Shown here: positions 9,496 to 19,356 of the stretch, in pieces
How positions within the stretch are numbered: position 1 is the first letter of the stretch
Layout: every line of letters begins with the position of its first letter
Source: a virus
Direction: 5' to 3' (one strand)
Virus record (IMG/VR): IMGVR_UViG_3300009494_000372
DNA length: 64,000 nt
Program-made: the position numbers and the translations under genes
The notes under the pieces: generated by a model
What the model was told of the DNA's origin: nothing
Databases searched by the model: none
The model's input: only the letters and a program-made list of their open reading frames with translations

Positions 9496-11931
9496 ATGAT
9501 AAAAAGCAATCCTTTCCCCGCAGCAGATCAAGCAGCGATTGAGTGCGCTATCCTGAACGAAATGCGTCCACCATCTGCAAGCAAGATCGGTGACGAATGG
9601 ACGATCGATGGACTGCACTTTGGATCGATGCTCAAACACCGGGCGAGCGATCCCGAGACCTGGAATTACCTCGAAAATGGTGGAAGGATCGGGTTTGAGT
9701 GCAAAGAAATGCGATGGAGCAATGGAACGGTCGTCAAAATCGGTGCAGACGCTTCGGTTGGTGTGATTGACGCAGAATCATCACCGGTATCATTGACTTA
9801 TCCGGACGCTTTCGGTGCAGGAATCGGTATTAAGATCATACAGGACAACTACCGCTGGCAGAAGATTGTTGAGATCGAATCGCTTGCAGCTCTCGGAGAG
9901 ATACCCGCCGATGCAGAGTATCTGGAAATTTCTTTTAAGGTATCTGGTGACTTTGATTTACCAGATGGGGTGATTGACAAGCGTATTCCATTCGGGGAGA
10001 ACAGTTTTATTCAGCATGTCCGGGCGTGGGATTCATCACCAGAGAACCCGGATGCTGAAATTCCAAGTGGCGCATTCGGGGAGGTCAAAGATGGTGTGCT
10101 GACAAAGAGAATTCCTGTTGCGTGGTTGAAGTCTGCGGTGTATCCGGTGCACATTGATACGACGATTACTTACGGTGCTGTGAATGTGTTTAATCCCGCA
10201 ACCACATACGAGAACTCCGTTACCGCTCTTGATGCTACTCACTTCGTTGTAGCGTATAAAGATGTGGGCAATTCAAATCGTGGCACTGCAATAGTCGGTC
10301 TTGTTTCAGGAACGACTATCCGTTCCTACGGTGCTGAGAATGTGTTTAATCCCGCAAACACAGACGATATCTCCATTACCGCTCTTGATGCTACTCACTT
10401 CGTTGTAGCGTATAAAGATGTGGGCAATTCAGATCGTGGCACTGCAATAGTCGGTTTTGTTTCAGGAACGACTATCAGTTCCTACGGTGCTGAGAATGTG
10501 TTTAATTCCGCAGCCACAGACGATTGCGCCGTTACCGCTCTTGATGCTACTCACTTCGTTGTAGCGTATCGAGATACGGGCAATTCGAATTATGGCACTG
10601 CAATAGTCGGTCTTGTTTCAGGAACGGCTATCAGTTCCTACGGTGCTGAGAATGTGTTTAATTCCGCAACCACATACAGGATGTCCGTTACCGCTCTTGA
10701 TGCTACTCACTTCGTTGTAGCGTATCGAGATGTTTCTACTGGAGCTGCAAGAGTCGGTCTTGTTTCAGGAACGACTATCAGTTCCTATGGTGCTGAGAAT
10801 GTGTTTAATCCCACAACAGAATGTATCTCCGTTACCGCTCTTGATGCTACTCACTTCGTTGTAGCGTATCAAGATCAGGACAATTCAGATCGTGGCACTG
10901 CAAGAGTCGGTCTTGTTTCAGGAACGACTATCAGTTCCTACGGTGCTGAGAATGTGTTTAATTCCGCAACCACAGCACATATCTCCGTTACCGCTCTTGA
11001 TGCTACTCACTTCGTTGTAGCGTATAAAGATTATGGCAATTCGAATTATGGCACTGCAATAGCCGGTCTTGTTTTAGGAACGGCTATCAGTTCCTACGGT
11101 GCTGAGACTGTGTTTAATTCCGGAGGCACAGACGATATCTCCATTACCGCTCTTGATGCTACTCGCTTCGCCGTAGCGTATCGAGATTGGGGCGATTCGA
11201 GTTATGGCACTGCAATAGTCGGCACGACTGAGGTAGTAAAAACAGCGAGCACTACGGATGTTTCAGCAGTCGGGACGAAGGTGGATACGGTTGACGGGTT
11301 ACATGACGTCCCGGTGGCTGATGTAGTTGACAACGCACAGATGCGGGACGTCATCGGCAACAAAACAGATGCCGCAGTGACGGCGGTTGGAACTGAGAAC
11401 TCGCTGATAGCATATCAGAAGGGTGTATTGAACCAGATTCCAGCTGTCAGCGACGTCGTGATCTACCCGGTCGCCGAGCACGCCGCAACCACAGAGATCG
11501 CTGATGACGGCACGTCCCCCGCATTCTATGCAGATAACGAGGACTCCGGAGCAGGAGGGTACGTCGAGGGAACGCCGTTTGAGCACTGGGTTGAAGATAT
11601 CGACTTTGAGCAGGAGGGTTCGATCGACGTCATCTCGATATTCGCCGAACTTCGGTGGCAGCACAAGACCTCCGGAGGCACCGCATACAGCAAGGTGCAG
11701 ATGTCCAGAGACGGCGGTTCAAACTGGGTCGATATGACAGACAGCATCGCAGAGACGAATGTTGCGTACCAGGACAAGACACGGGTCGGGGTTGGCAGAT
11801 TCGTCACCACGATCACTGCCGGTGCGAACCAGCTGCAGATGAGACTGGTGAGCTGGGTGACGGCTCCAAATGTCAGCTCAGCTAAGATGAGATCTGATTC
11901 ATACATCAGAATAACATACAGGAAGTCGTGA
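9496..11931 (+). CDS. Large putative receptor-binding/adhesin protein with 7 tandem ~52-aa repeats (beta-propeller-like)
   Basis: Repeated YGAENVFN..VTALDATHFVVAY.D..GTA.VGLVSGT.ISS units. Confidence 0.7.
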   Translation: MIKSNPFPAADQAAIECAILNEMRPPSASKIGDEWTIDGLHFGSMLKHRASDPETWNYLENGGRIGFECKEMRWSNGTVVKIGADASVGVIDAESSPVSLTYPDAFGAGIGIKIIQDNYRWQKIVEIESLAALGEIPADAEYLEISFKVSGDFDLPDGVIDKRIPFGENSFIQHVRAWDSSPENPDAEIPSGAFGEVKDGVLTKRIPVAWLKSAVYPVHIDTTITYGAVNVFNPATTYENSVTALDATHFVVAYKDVGNSNRGTAIVGLVSGTTIRSYGAENVFNPANTDDISITALDATHFVVAYKDVGNSDRGTAIVGFVSGTTISSYGAENVFNSAATDDCAVTALDATHFVVAYRDTGNSNYGTAIVGLVSGTAISSYGAENVFNSATTYRMSVTALDATHFVVAYRDVSTGAARVGLVSGTTISSYGAENVFNPTTECISVTALDATHFVVAYQDQDNSDRGTARVGLVSGTTISSYGAENVFNSATTAHISVTALDATHFVVAYKDYGNSNYGTAIAGLVLGTAISSYGAETVFNSGGTDDISITALDATRFAVAYRDWGDSSYGTAIVGTTEVVKTASTTDVSAVGTKVDTVDGLHDVPVADVVDNAQMRDVIGNKTDAAVTAVGTENSLIAYQKGVLNQIPAVSDVVIYPVAEHAATTEIADDGTSPAFYADNEDSGAGGYVEGTPFEHWVEDIDFEQEGSIDVISIFAELRWQHKTSGGTAYSKVQMSRDGGSNWVDMTDSIAETNVAYQDKTRVGVGRFVTTITAGANQLQMRLVSWVTAPNVSSAKMRSDSYIRITYRKS
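10171..11223 (+). repeat. Seven intragenic tandem repeats of 147-156 bp
   Basis: Unit starts at 10171, 10327, 10483, 10639, 10786, 10939 and 11095. Confidence 0.9.
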
Positions 11932-11935
11932 TAAC

Positions 11936-13120
11936 ATGTCAACAGATTTTCCCCACCGTTCGGATTATGATGTTTTACGCGAGTTCGTGATCGGCGTAGA
12001 GTGGAACCAGAACACAGACACCTGGAGACGGATCGATGAATATGGTACCACCATCGATTATTTCGATGTCAGGGCAACCAAGTTTTATTTCGACAACCAT
12101 CCGGTCTGGGGCAACATGCGAAGATGCACGCTTGCCGATGATGGCACCGTGAATAACTACGGCAGCACTCCTCGCGGTGACGGGCTGACCATGGACGGCA
12201 CGGACGGGCAGGTGATGGTCGAGATCCCGAAGTTCTGGATCAAAGCCGCGAATCCGTCAGCAAACGTTTACCAGCGGTGGATCTCGCCGGTCGCAAAGAC
12301 AGGTTTTGATGTTCATCCGTACTTCAGGCAGCGGGGCGGCGGTGCCGGGAGGGATTATGCCTACTTTGGTGCTTATGAGGCATTCAACGATGGCGGCGCA
12401 CCAAACAAGCTTGAGAGCAAGACCGGCGTTGCGCCTGCAGTGAGCACCACGATCGCCAATTTCAGGACCTATGCTCAAAATCGTAATGTTGGATTGGTGC
12501 AGCGATGGGGCATCACGAGCATCTGGGCACTGTCCGCGATCCAGTCACTGTTCTACATCGAATCCGGGGGTGTGGATTCGCAGTCGTTCGTCGGAATGGG
12601 GAATGTTAATACGGCGGCTAAACAGAACACAGGCGCGAATTCGATCGATACGTACATAGATGCGAATGGCACAGGCAAAGCGAAAGGGGCAAACAGTCAG
12701 GTAGGGATCGCGTACAGGGGCATCGAAAATCTGTGGGGTAACGTATATACTTTCATAGATGGTTACAATTGTCTTGCGAACAATTCAGCATACCGGCTCA
12801 TCAACCGTGAAGGTACAGGAACGTTCCAGGATGAGCTTCTTGCAACCTGCGAAGATTCCACCGCAGCGCCGATTGTGGTAGACGGTTACATCTCGAACAT
12901 CGAGTACGAAGACCTGCTGAAGTATTTGATGATACCAAGTGCCGTAACTGGCTCTTCGATAAGCGACTACTTTTACGCGCACGACACAGACGAACTGAAC
13001 ATCCTGTTGTCCGGCGGCGTTTGGACGCATGGCGGCATGGCGGGGGTCGCCTATCTCGGTTCGTATGACGTTGCGGCGTCTGTCGCTACGTCTCTCGGCG
13101 CGCGCCTTGAGTTTGTGTGA
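11936..13120 (+). CDS. DGR target protein (C-type-lectin-fold-like fibre tip) with C-terminal variable region
   Basis: VEIPKFW, FGAYEA and YRGIENLWGNV motifs; 3' end matches the TR. Confidence 0.88.
   Translation: MSTDFPHRSDYDVLREFVIGVEWNQNTDTWRRIDEYGTTIDYFDVRATKFYFDNHPVWGNMRRCTLADDGTVNNYGSTPRGDGLTMDGTDGQVMVEIPKFWIKAANPSANVYQRWISPVAKTGFDVHPYFRQRGGGAGRDYAYFGAYEAFNDGGAPNKLESKTGVAPAVSTTIANFRTYAQNRNVGLVQRWGITSIWALSAIQSLFYIESGGVDSQSFVGMGNVNTAAKQNTGANSIDTYIDANGTGKAKGANSQVGIAYRGIENLWGNVYTFIDGYNCLANNSAYRLINREGTGTFQDELLATCEDSTAAPIVVDGYISNIEYEDLLKYLMIPSAVTGSSISDYFYAHDTDELNILLSGGVWTHGGMAGVAYLGSYDVAASVATSLGARLEFV
13004..13111 (+). repeat. DGR variable repeat (VR)
   Basis: 108 nt; differs from TR at 26 positions, every one an A in TR. 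Confidence 0.95.
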
Positions 13121-13124
13121 AACC

Positions 13125-13418
13125 ATGAGTGAGTACCCGCGTTTCAGTGATTTTGCGGAAGAAGAAAACCCGTTAGAGGGTGAGAAAAAGAAGCTGGATG
13201 AAATAGTAAACATAGAAATATTAGTAACCGGGTTTAAAATTGGAAAGAGCAAATATAAGGACAAAGACTATCTAACACTGCAATTCGAGAATGGCGATGG
13301 TAAATGTATTGTATTTACCGGTTCGGGAGTGCTGATCAAGCAAACACAAAAATATGAAGATAGAATGCCGTTTTACACAACAATCAAGAAGGTCAATAAT
13401 TACTACACCATGACGTGA
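13125..13418 (+). CDS. Small DGR-associated accessory gene (97 aa), not obviously Avd
   Basis: Lies between VR and TR; pattern LTLQF..IVFTGSGVLIKQ..PFYTTIKK..YYTM looks beta-rich. Confidence 0.7.
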   Translation: MSEYPRFSDFAEEENPLEGEKKKLDEIVNIEILVTGFKIGKSKYKDKDYLTLQFENGDGKCIVFTGSGVLIKQTQKYEDRMPFYTTIKKVNNYYTMT

Positions 13419-13484
13419 AGGATTTTATGTGATGTCAGCTAACATGCATCCGGTTGAAATGTATAACAGTGTGCCTGGTTTTGC

Positions 13485-13592
13485 CTGTTATCCAGCAGCA
13501 ATTGGACGAATAGCGACAAAGCAGGAGTCGCCTATCTCAATTCGAATAACGTTGCGACGAATGTCAATACGAATATCGGCACGCACCTTGAG
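13485..13592 (+). ncRNA. DGR template repeat (TR)
   Basis: Non-coding, AAT/AAC-rich copy of VR just upstream of the RT. Confidence 0.95.
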
Positions 13593-13729
13593 CTCATGAC
13601 TATGGGCTTAGTCCTGAACAGCATTTCAACCTGCACCACAAACGGTCAAACACACAGCAAAATCCGGTAGATGGGTGTCAGTATCATCCGAGAAAGTTCT
13701 CATCTATCGGTAGGGCTTAACTCATTGAT

Positions 13730-14818
13730 ATGAAACGATATGGTAGTTTATTTCAGAAGATAGTTGATCCGGACAACATCAGATTAGCACATAAGAACGC
13801 GAAGAAGGGCAAAAGTCATTATTCCGAAGTGTTGGAGGTTGAAAGAAATCCTGAACAGCATATACGAGAGATCCAGGATATGCTGATTAATAAAACTTTT
13901 ACAACGGCAAAATACAGAACAAAGATCATACACGAACCAAAAACGAGAATCATATATAAACTTCCATACTTTCCGGATCGTATCATCCATCACGCTGTTA
14001 TGAATGTTATCCAGCATATCTGGGATAAAGTGTTCATTTATGACCTCTACTCCGCAATACCGGGCAAAGGATTGCATAAAGGAGTTTTAAAACTCAGACA
14101 TTTTATGAGGGATGATGAAAACACAAGATACTGCTTGAAATTTGACATCAGGAATTTTTATCCTTCTGTCAATCACGATGTTCTTATCGGGTTGGTCAAA
14201 CGAAAAATCAAGTGTAAGGACACATTATGGTTACTCGAAAACATCATCAGAAGTCCGGGAGGCGGTGAAAATATACCAATTGGTAATTATCTTTCTCAAT
14301 ATTTTGGTAACATCTATCTTAACTGGTTTGATCACTGGTTAAAAGAAGAAAAACAGATGAAATACTATATCCGCTATTGTGATGATGGTGTTATATTGCA
14401 TAAGAGCAAAGAAGTGTTAAACAATCTGCTTGAAGAGATTGAAATATATCTCGGGGAGAACTTACAGCTAAAACTCAATCCGAAAACACAGATATTCCCG
14501 GTGGATACCAGAGGAATAGACTTCCTGGGCTACCGGAGCTTCAGGGATTATACATTGTTGAGAAAAAGTTCGGCTACAAGATTCAAACGGAAAATAAGAT
14601 TTATTGAGCGGAACTATGTGAAATTGGAACCACAGTATATTATCAGCTCGGTTATGTCGTGTTGTGGCTGGATAAAATTTTGTGACGGTCACCATCTGCT
14701 AAGAATACACATATTAGAAAATGAAAGCATTCTTGAGATCATTGATGAATCGTCAAAGATATTGAATATCAATAATCCTTTACAAAACTTCACCGCATCG
14801 CCGGCTTCACGTACCTGA
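13730..14818 (+). CDS. DGR reverse transcriptase
   Basis: KFDIRNFY, IPIGNYLSQYFGNIYL, YYIRYCDD and IDFLGY motifs; adjacent TR/VR pair. Confidence 0.95.
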   Translation: MKRYGSLFQKIVDPDNIRLAHKNAKKGKSHYSEVLEVERNPEQHIREIQDMLINKTFTTAKYRTKIIHEPKTRIIYKLPYFPDRIIHHAVMNVIQHIWDKVFIYDLYSAIPGKGLHKGVLKLRHFMRDDENTRYCLKFDIRNFYPSVNHDVLIGLVKRKIKCKDTLWLLENIIRSPGGGENIPIGNYLSQYFGNIYLNWFDHWLKEEKQMKYYIRYCDDGVILHKSKEVLNNLLEEIEIYLGENLQLKLNPKTQIFPVDTRGIDFLGYRSFRDYTLLRKSSATRFKRKIRFIERNYVKLEPQYIISSVMSCCGWIKFCDGHHLLRIHILENESILEIIDESSKILNINNPLQNFTASPASRT

Positions 14819-15302
14819 CCCCCGCCATCGCGAAAACAGTCTGCTCGACCGGCACCGGCACCATCTTCCTGTCGCGAAGCAGCCTGCCTCCTTCCGGCTC
14901 GTAGCCGGCTCTCTTCAGCTTGATGACCAGTGCTCTTGAGAGTCCGGCTGGTCCGGTCCGTAAAGCAAGGATGTATCCCCAGGTCTCAGGAGTCGCCAGT
15001 GAGACCGTCACAGCGATGTTCTCACACACATGAAACGTACACTGCTTCTGACCATCCTTCCCCCCAGTGGTCACGTCATACGCATTCCTGATGTGCCTGA
15101 AGAGCCTGTCCCTGCCTGCAGGCTGCAGCTGCATGAAGACGTCGGGCTGCATGTCCATCTTCGAGATCGCGACCAGATCGATGCTCGAGAGATCCCGGAC
15201 ATTGCCACGTCTGACTGCGCCTGCGATCTCGATCCGCTCACAGTACGGCTCAAGATGCTTGCAGATGCTTGATGCAATCCGTCTGGCTTCTATGATGTTC
15301 AT
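14790..15302 (-). CDS. Minimal DNA polymerase X/beta-like protein with degenerate catalytic motifs
   Basis: IEIAGAVRR..SIDLV (canonical GS.RR..DxD) and LRTGP. Confidence 0.7.
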   Translation of the reverse strand: MNIIEARRIASSICKHLEPYCERIEIAGAVRRGNVRDLSSIDLVAISKMDMQPDVFMQLQPAGRDRLFRHIRNAYDVTTGGKDGQKQCTFHVCENIAVTVSLATPETWGYILALRTGPAGLSRALVIKLKRAGYEPEGGRLLRDRKMVPVPVEQTVFAMAGVRYVKPAMR

Positions 15303-15453
15303 TTTATATATACCATTCCAGGAGAGAAAGAAAGAAAGAGATAAAGATAAAGCTTTCTTTCTTTCTCTCTCTTTCTCTTTCTCTTTCTTTCTCTCTTCTG
15401 GAATGCTATATATTTAAAACTTTCTATTCACAAAAGCCTTCTATCCTGACAGG

Positions 15454-15813
15454 TCACTCAAGCTCATTTTCAGGATCGTTCTTTAATTCATCCGTATTTT
15501 TGACTTTCAGGGGTACTGGAATCTTCATAGTCTCCCTGAGCATCCCCTCATAATCAGCGAGACACAGGACATGATCGTTCAGGAGGAACAGATACTCCCC
15601 GTCGATTAGCTGGCTGATATACTCGTATACGGTTGACGGTCCGATCGCATACTCTGTCGCGAACCTTGCAACGACCTTCTTCCGTTCCCATTCAAGCCCG
15701 TGGGTGTGGACATATCCAAGAAGCCATTTGACCCGCTGCGCCCTTGCACGCCTATTCGAGCTTGCTTCAGTGCTTAAGCTATCCGGGAATTGGTCAAGAT
15801 CGGTCTGTGCCAT
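15454..15813 (-). CDS. Putative winged-helix DNA-binding protein
   Basis: IGPSTVYEYISQLIDGEYL HTH-like segment. Confidence 0.5.
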   Translation of the reverse strand: MAQTDLDQFPDSLSTEASSNRRARAQRVKWLLGYVHTHGLEWERKKVVARFATEYAIGPSTVYEYISQLIDGEYLFLLNDHVLCLADYEGMLRETMKIPVPLKVKNTDELKNDPENELE

Positions 15814-16149
15814 GGTACCCGCCTGTTCTCATACTCACCGCCACGCAGACACGCGAAGTGCCACCGCGAGCGGTGACAACCCCCCGGGAGTAGATCCCGG
15901 GGGAGCAGTGCGAGCTGCAATCATAAATAACAAGTTACCATATATAAATGTTACCAAAACAATATATCACTAAAATACACGATAATATGACATAAAAAGG
16001 TAGACAATAAATAAAGAGCATGTCAGAAAAATATGAAGGCAGCCGCCACTATCGTTTTATCATGGTGAAATGCCACCAAAACATTTATTAGGTATTAGTT
16101 ATACGTCTCATAAGTTACATTTGCGAGGTAACAAGGCGGTGACACGTAG

Positions 16150-17154
16150 ATGGCGTATATGTTAAGCGAGCTTATAGACAAACTCAAACAGTCCCAGAAG
16201 AGTCGTCTTGATGTCGTTTCAGAGCGTTGGTCAGTGGTGACACGCGGCAGGTATGTGATGATCCGGATCGAGGACCTCGGGTCTTACGGTCTTACCGAGC
16301 ACGCCCATGAGCAGTTATCACAGATAATCGATATACCGAAACGTTATTATGACCGTCTCAGGACCGGTAACCCGGACCTTCTCTGCATGAATATCAACAG
16401 GTGGATCGACAAGCCCTGCATGTTCAGGATCCTTGACGACAGGATCATCGCGGTCATGTCAGACAGATACCTGATCATTGACAACTACGACATCCTGATG
16501 TGCGCGCTTGACACCATCAAGAAGATGCATCACCACGGCGTTGAGGTTAGCAGCTGCGAACTGACAGATACAAAGATGTACATCAAGATGCTTCAGCCGT
16601 GCAACACGTTCGAGATCCTTGAGAACGAGAAGATTGTGCCGGGCATCGCGGTGCAGAACAGCGAAGTCGGATCAGGCGCGTTCAGGGCTGACATGTACAT
16701 AGCCATGGAGAAGTACGGCAGCGGCATGATCGGAGAGCAACCGAGACACCGGACCCACAAAGGAAAAAAGATCGATCCCGGGATTGTCAATAACAATGAA
16801 ACAAGGGACGGACCGCTATGGCAGTGGGTCTCTAACCTGATCGACACCGCATTTGACCCGAAACCGCTGAACAGATGGGTCACGATGATCAGGAACAACG
16901 CCGAAACCATCACGGAAAAACCCATCGAGACCGTCGATCAGTTATCTTCTGACTACAGACTATCGGAACAACAAAAGACAAGCACGCTGAACTACTTTTT
17001 GCAGCTCGGAGACCGCACGAAGTTGTCTCTTGCAAAAGCCGTCGCAATGACAGCAAAGGAGTGCGATGATACTGACAACGCAATAGCGCTCGAGCGCATC
17101 GCAGGAAAGATCGCAGCCGAGCCAAACACACTGATGCAGACACCGCTAACGTGA
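16150..17154 (+). CDS. DUF932-like phage/plasmid protein
   Basis: LTEHAHEQL, AVMSDRYLIIDN and VQNSEVGSG motifs. Confidence 0.65.
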   Translation: MAYMLSELIDKLKQSQKSRLDVVSERWSVVTRGRYVMIRIEDLGSYGLTEHAHEQLSQIIDIPKRYYDRLRTGNPDLLCMNINRWIDKPCMFRILDDRIIAVMSDRYLIIDNYDILMCALDTIKKMHHHGVEVSSCELTDTKMYIKMLQPCNTFEILENEKIVPGIAVQNSEVGSGAFRADMYIAMEKYGSGMIGEQPRHRTHKGKKIDPGIVNNNETRDGPLWQWVSNLIDTAFDPKPLNRWVTMIRNNAETITEKPIETVDQLSSDYRLSEQQKTSTLNYFLQLGDRTKLSLAKAVAMTAKECDDTDNAIALERIAGKIAAEPNTLMQTPLT

Positions 17155-17163
17155 GAGGTTATC

Positions 17164-17460
17164 ATGACAGAAGAAACGAAGCCAGAAGAGAAGAAGCCAG
17201 AAGAGAGCAAACCGGAAGAGAGCAAAACGGAAGAGAAAGAACCAAAAAGCGCCGACGAGATGACTGCTGCAGCACGCACATTCATCCAGTACCTGAAAGA
17301 TGAAGGATTCTCGGTGGAAGAAGGGATCTGCGTCCTTGCACTCGCAAGCTCGCTCACACAGACAGAAATGCTGCTGAGTCTGCTCCTTAAGAATGCAAAG
17401 GTCATGGCGATACCGGTACCACCACCGAACGTAATGTTCCGGAAACCAAGCGACAACTGA
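17164..17460 (+). CDS. Hypothetical protein
   Basis: 98-aa ORF downstream of the DUF932-like gene; low-complexity EEK/PEE N-terminus. Confidence 0.5.
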   Translation: MTEETKPEEKKPEESKPEESKTEEKEPKSADEMTAAARTFIQYLKDEGFSVEEGICVLALASSLTQTEMLLSLLLKNAKVMAIPVPPPNVMFRKPSDN

Positions 17461-17796
17461 CCTGCCAGCAAGCTTTTGCCTGCACAAACACTGGGGCGCC
17501 CATCCGGAATACCATCCCCTCAATCGCAAGCAAAAGGCTGATAGCAGGTCAGCTATCGACAATTCATGGGTTATACATGCCAACATGCAGAAAAACCGTT
17601 CGGGTTTGATCCGTTCGGCAAAAACAATGAGCCAAACATCTCAGAGATAAGATTATTCAGGTTATGGAGATGCCCGGAGTGCGGTCTGTGGTACTCGTTA
17701 ATATCATTTCAATCCCGAAACGGTCTGATTATAACACACCCGGGCATGAAACGGTAGTTGCATAACCATATAAGCTTTATTGAGGGCGCAAGTGAC

Positions 17797-18174
17797 ATGG
17801 TGATGATCTCGCATAACGTTCTGCTCGACGAGTTGTTAAACGGCTCAAAAGTGACCACATGGAGACCCGACAACGGGAATCCTGACCAGCTCTGGGCACG
17901 GATGAAGCGGAAGCTCGATGCAGGTGAGCGCATAATTGCAACCCACTACTGGAAGGTCAGGGTGCCAAAGAGACACAAGAGCATTCACTACATCGGTGAA
18001 AGCACTCTGCAGAAGATCGTACCACGAACCGTAGACAGCATCACCGAATACGACGCACTGCTCGACGGGTTTGCAGGCATCGAATACATGAAGCTTGCAC
18101 TCACGATGGAGAACAGGCGGCAGCCACTGCAGAAAAACTACTGGCAGATATTCTATGATCCAAAATGGGCGTAA
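17797..18174 (+). CDS. ASCH/PUA-like domain protein
   Basis: GSKVTTWR and ITEYDALLDGF motifs. Confidence 0.5.
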   Translation: MVMISHNVLLDELLNGSKVTTWRPDNGNPDQLWARMKRKLDAGERIIATHYWKVRVPKRHKSIHYIGESTLQKIVPRTVDSITEYDALLDGFAGIEYMKLALTMENRRQPLQKNYWQIFYDPKWA

Positions 18175-18290
18175 AAGTGATCCGCGTCGTGTTGACATGC
18201 ACCGAAAAATGCATCGCCGCGGATAGGTAACTATATAAGCGCGTGTGTTTAAGAATGCAGCGTTGACATGCATCACAAGGAGTATTTAAC

Positions 18291-18752
18291 ATGGTATTCA
18301 CAGAAATATCGCTCGAAACCATAGGCACAGTTGTTGCGATCATCTGCGGTGTCGGAACGCTTTTCGGTATTCTCATACACTACGAACGTCGGTACACAAG
18401 GCTCGAATGTAAGGTTGATATCATCAAAAGTGATATCAACGATCTGAAACCCCTGAAGGAGATGCTAAATGCATTGATACTGGTATCCAAAAACCCTGCA
18501 ATCGTCGATCTCGCAAAGCACATAACGCCGGAGAACCGCAATCCCTACGATCCTGCCGAAAAGAACCGTCTTCTGGATAAATATCAGAACGAGACAATCA
18601 CTGTGGTTGAGGCTAAGAGTCTGCGAGAAATGCTCAACGAAGATCTGGAGCTGGCAAGAGGTGATGCTGCCGGTGCTCTTGCGGTTGGCGTGCTGCTGGT
18701 TGGGATTAGCACCCTCATCGAACGTCTTCTGAAGAGCAAAACAATTATATAG
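18291..18752 (+). CDS. Hypothetical membrane protein (N- and C-terminal TM segments)
   Basis: Hydrophobic termini with a coiled-coil middle. Confidence 0.55.
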   Translation: MVFTEISLETIGTVVAIICGVGTLFGILIHYERRYTRLECKVDIIKSDINDLKPLKEMLNALILVSKNPAIVDLAKHITPENRNPYDPAEKNRLLDKYQNETITVVEAKSLREMLNEDLELARGDAAGALAVGVLLVGISTLIERLLKSKTII

Positions 18753-18758
18753 TTTGCG

Positions 18759-18846
18759 ATCTTTGAACAGCATGATCTGGGAAGGTCAATCTGCAGTTCA
18801 AGCAGGTGTTATGCGTGGCGCATCAGTCCGGTGCGCCGCTCCGCAC
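18759..18846 (-). ncRNA. tRNA-derived structured element, copy 3
   Basis: GGCGCA/TGCGCC hairpin and CTGC-TTGAACT-GCAG loop; begins 1 nt after the TAG at 18848. Confidence 0.5.
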
Positions 18847-18981
18847 TCTATTTCTCTCTTCTGACGATGATGTGATCCGACGGGCAGCCATGTAGGTTTG
18901 AGACAAAGTGCCTGCAGGTCATGCAGTAGTCCTGCACACCAAGGTGGTCTTTCGCAAACGTCCTGGTCACCCAATCAGATC

Positions 18982-19356
18982 TCATTGTAACGTGTATCTC
19001 TTTCGGTCCTCGAACTCCTGCTTTTTCGCTGTGTTCCAGCTCGATACTATCTGCAGGTAGCCTGTGACGCGGGACATGATGTCTGTTGCGTGGTTCATGC
19101 AGTCGGGGCACATGTAGTGTCCGCAGACCGGGCATCTTTGGGTGCCGCCGGTCGTTCTCTTGCAGATCCCTCTTATCTTTGCGTAGAGGTGCACCGGGCA
19201 TTTTAGGACATCGGAGTTGATGTCTTCCTGTATCTCCTCCCACTCACTCGTCGCTATCATATCCGCTTTCCAGCCCTCACAGACGAAAAGGAACTCGTGT
19301 GGCGGGAGTTGGGTCACATCAGGCGGTGTTTTTTCGGATGGCATGTTGGTAGTCAA
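18982..19356 (-). CDS. Stand-alone NrdD-like C-terminal zinc-ribbon/glycyl-radical domain
   Basis: CPVCG..CPDC..MSRVTGYL..WNTAKKQEFEDRK. Confidence 0.7.
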   Translation of the reverse strand: MTTNMPSEKTPPDVTQLPPHEFLFVCEGWKADMIATSEWEEIQEDINSDVLKCPVHLYAKIRGICKRTTGGTQRCPVCGHYMCPDCMNHATDIMSRVTGYLQIVSSWNTAKKQEFEDRKRYTLQ

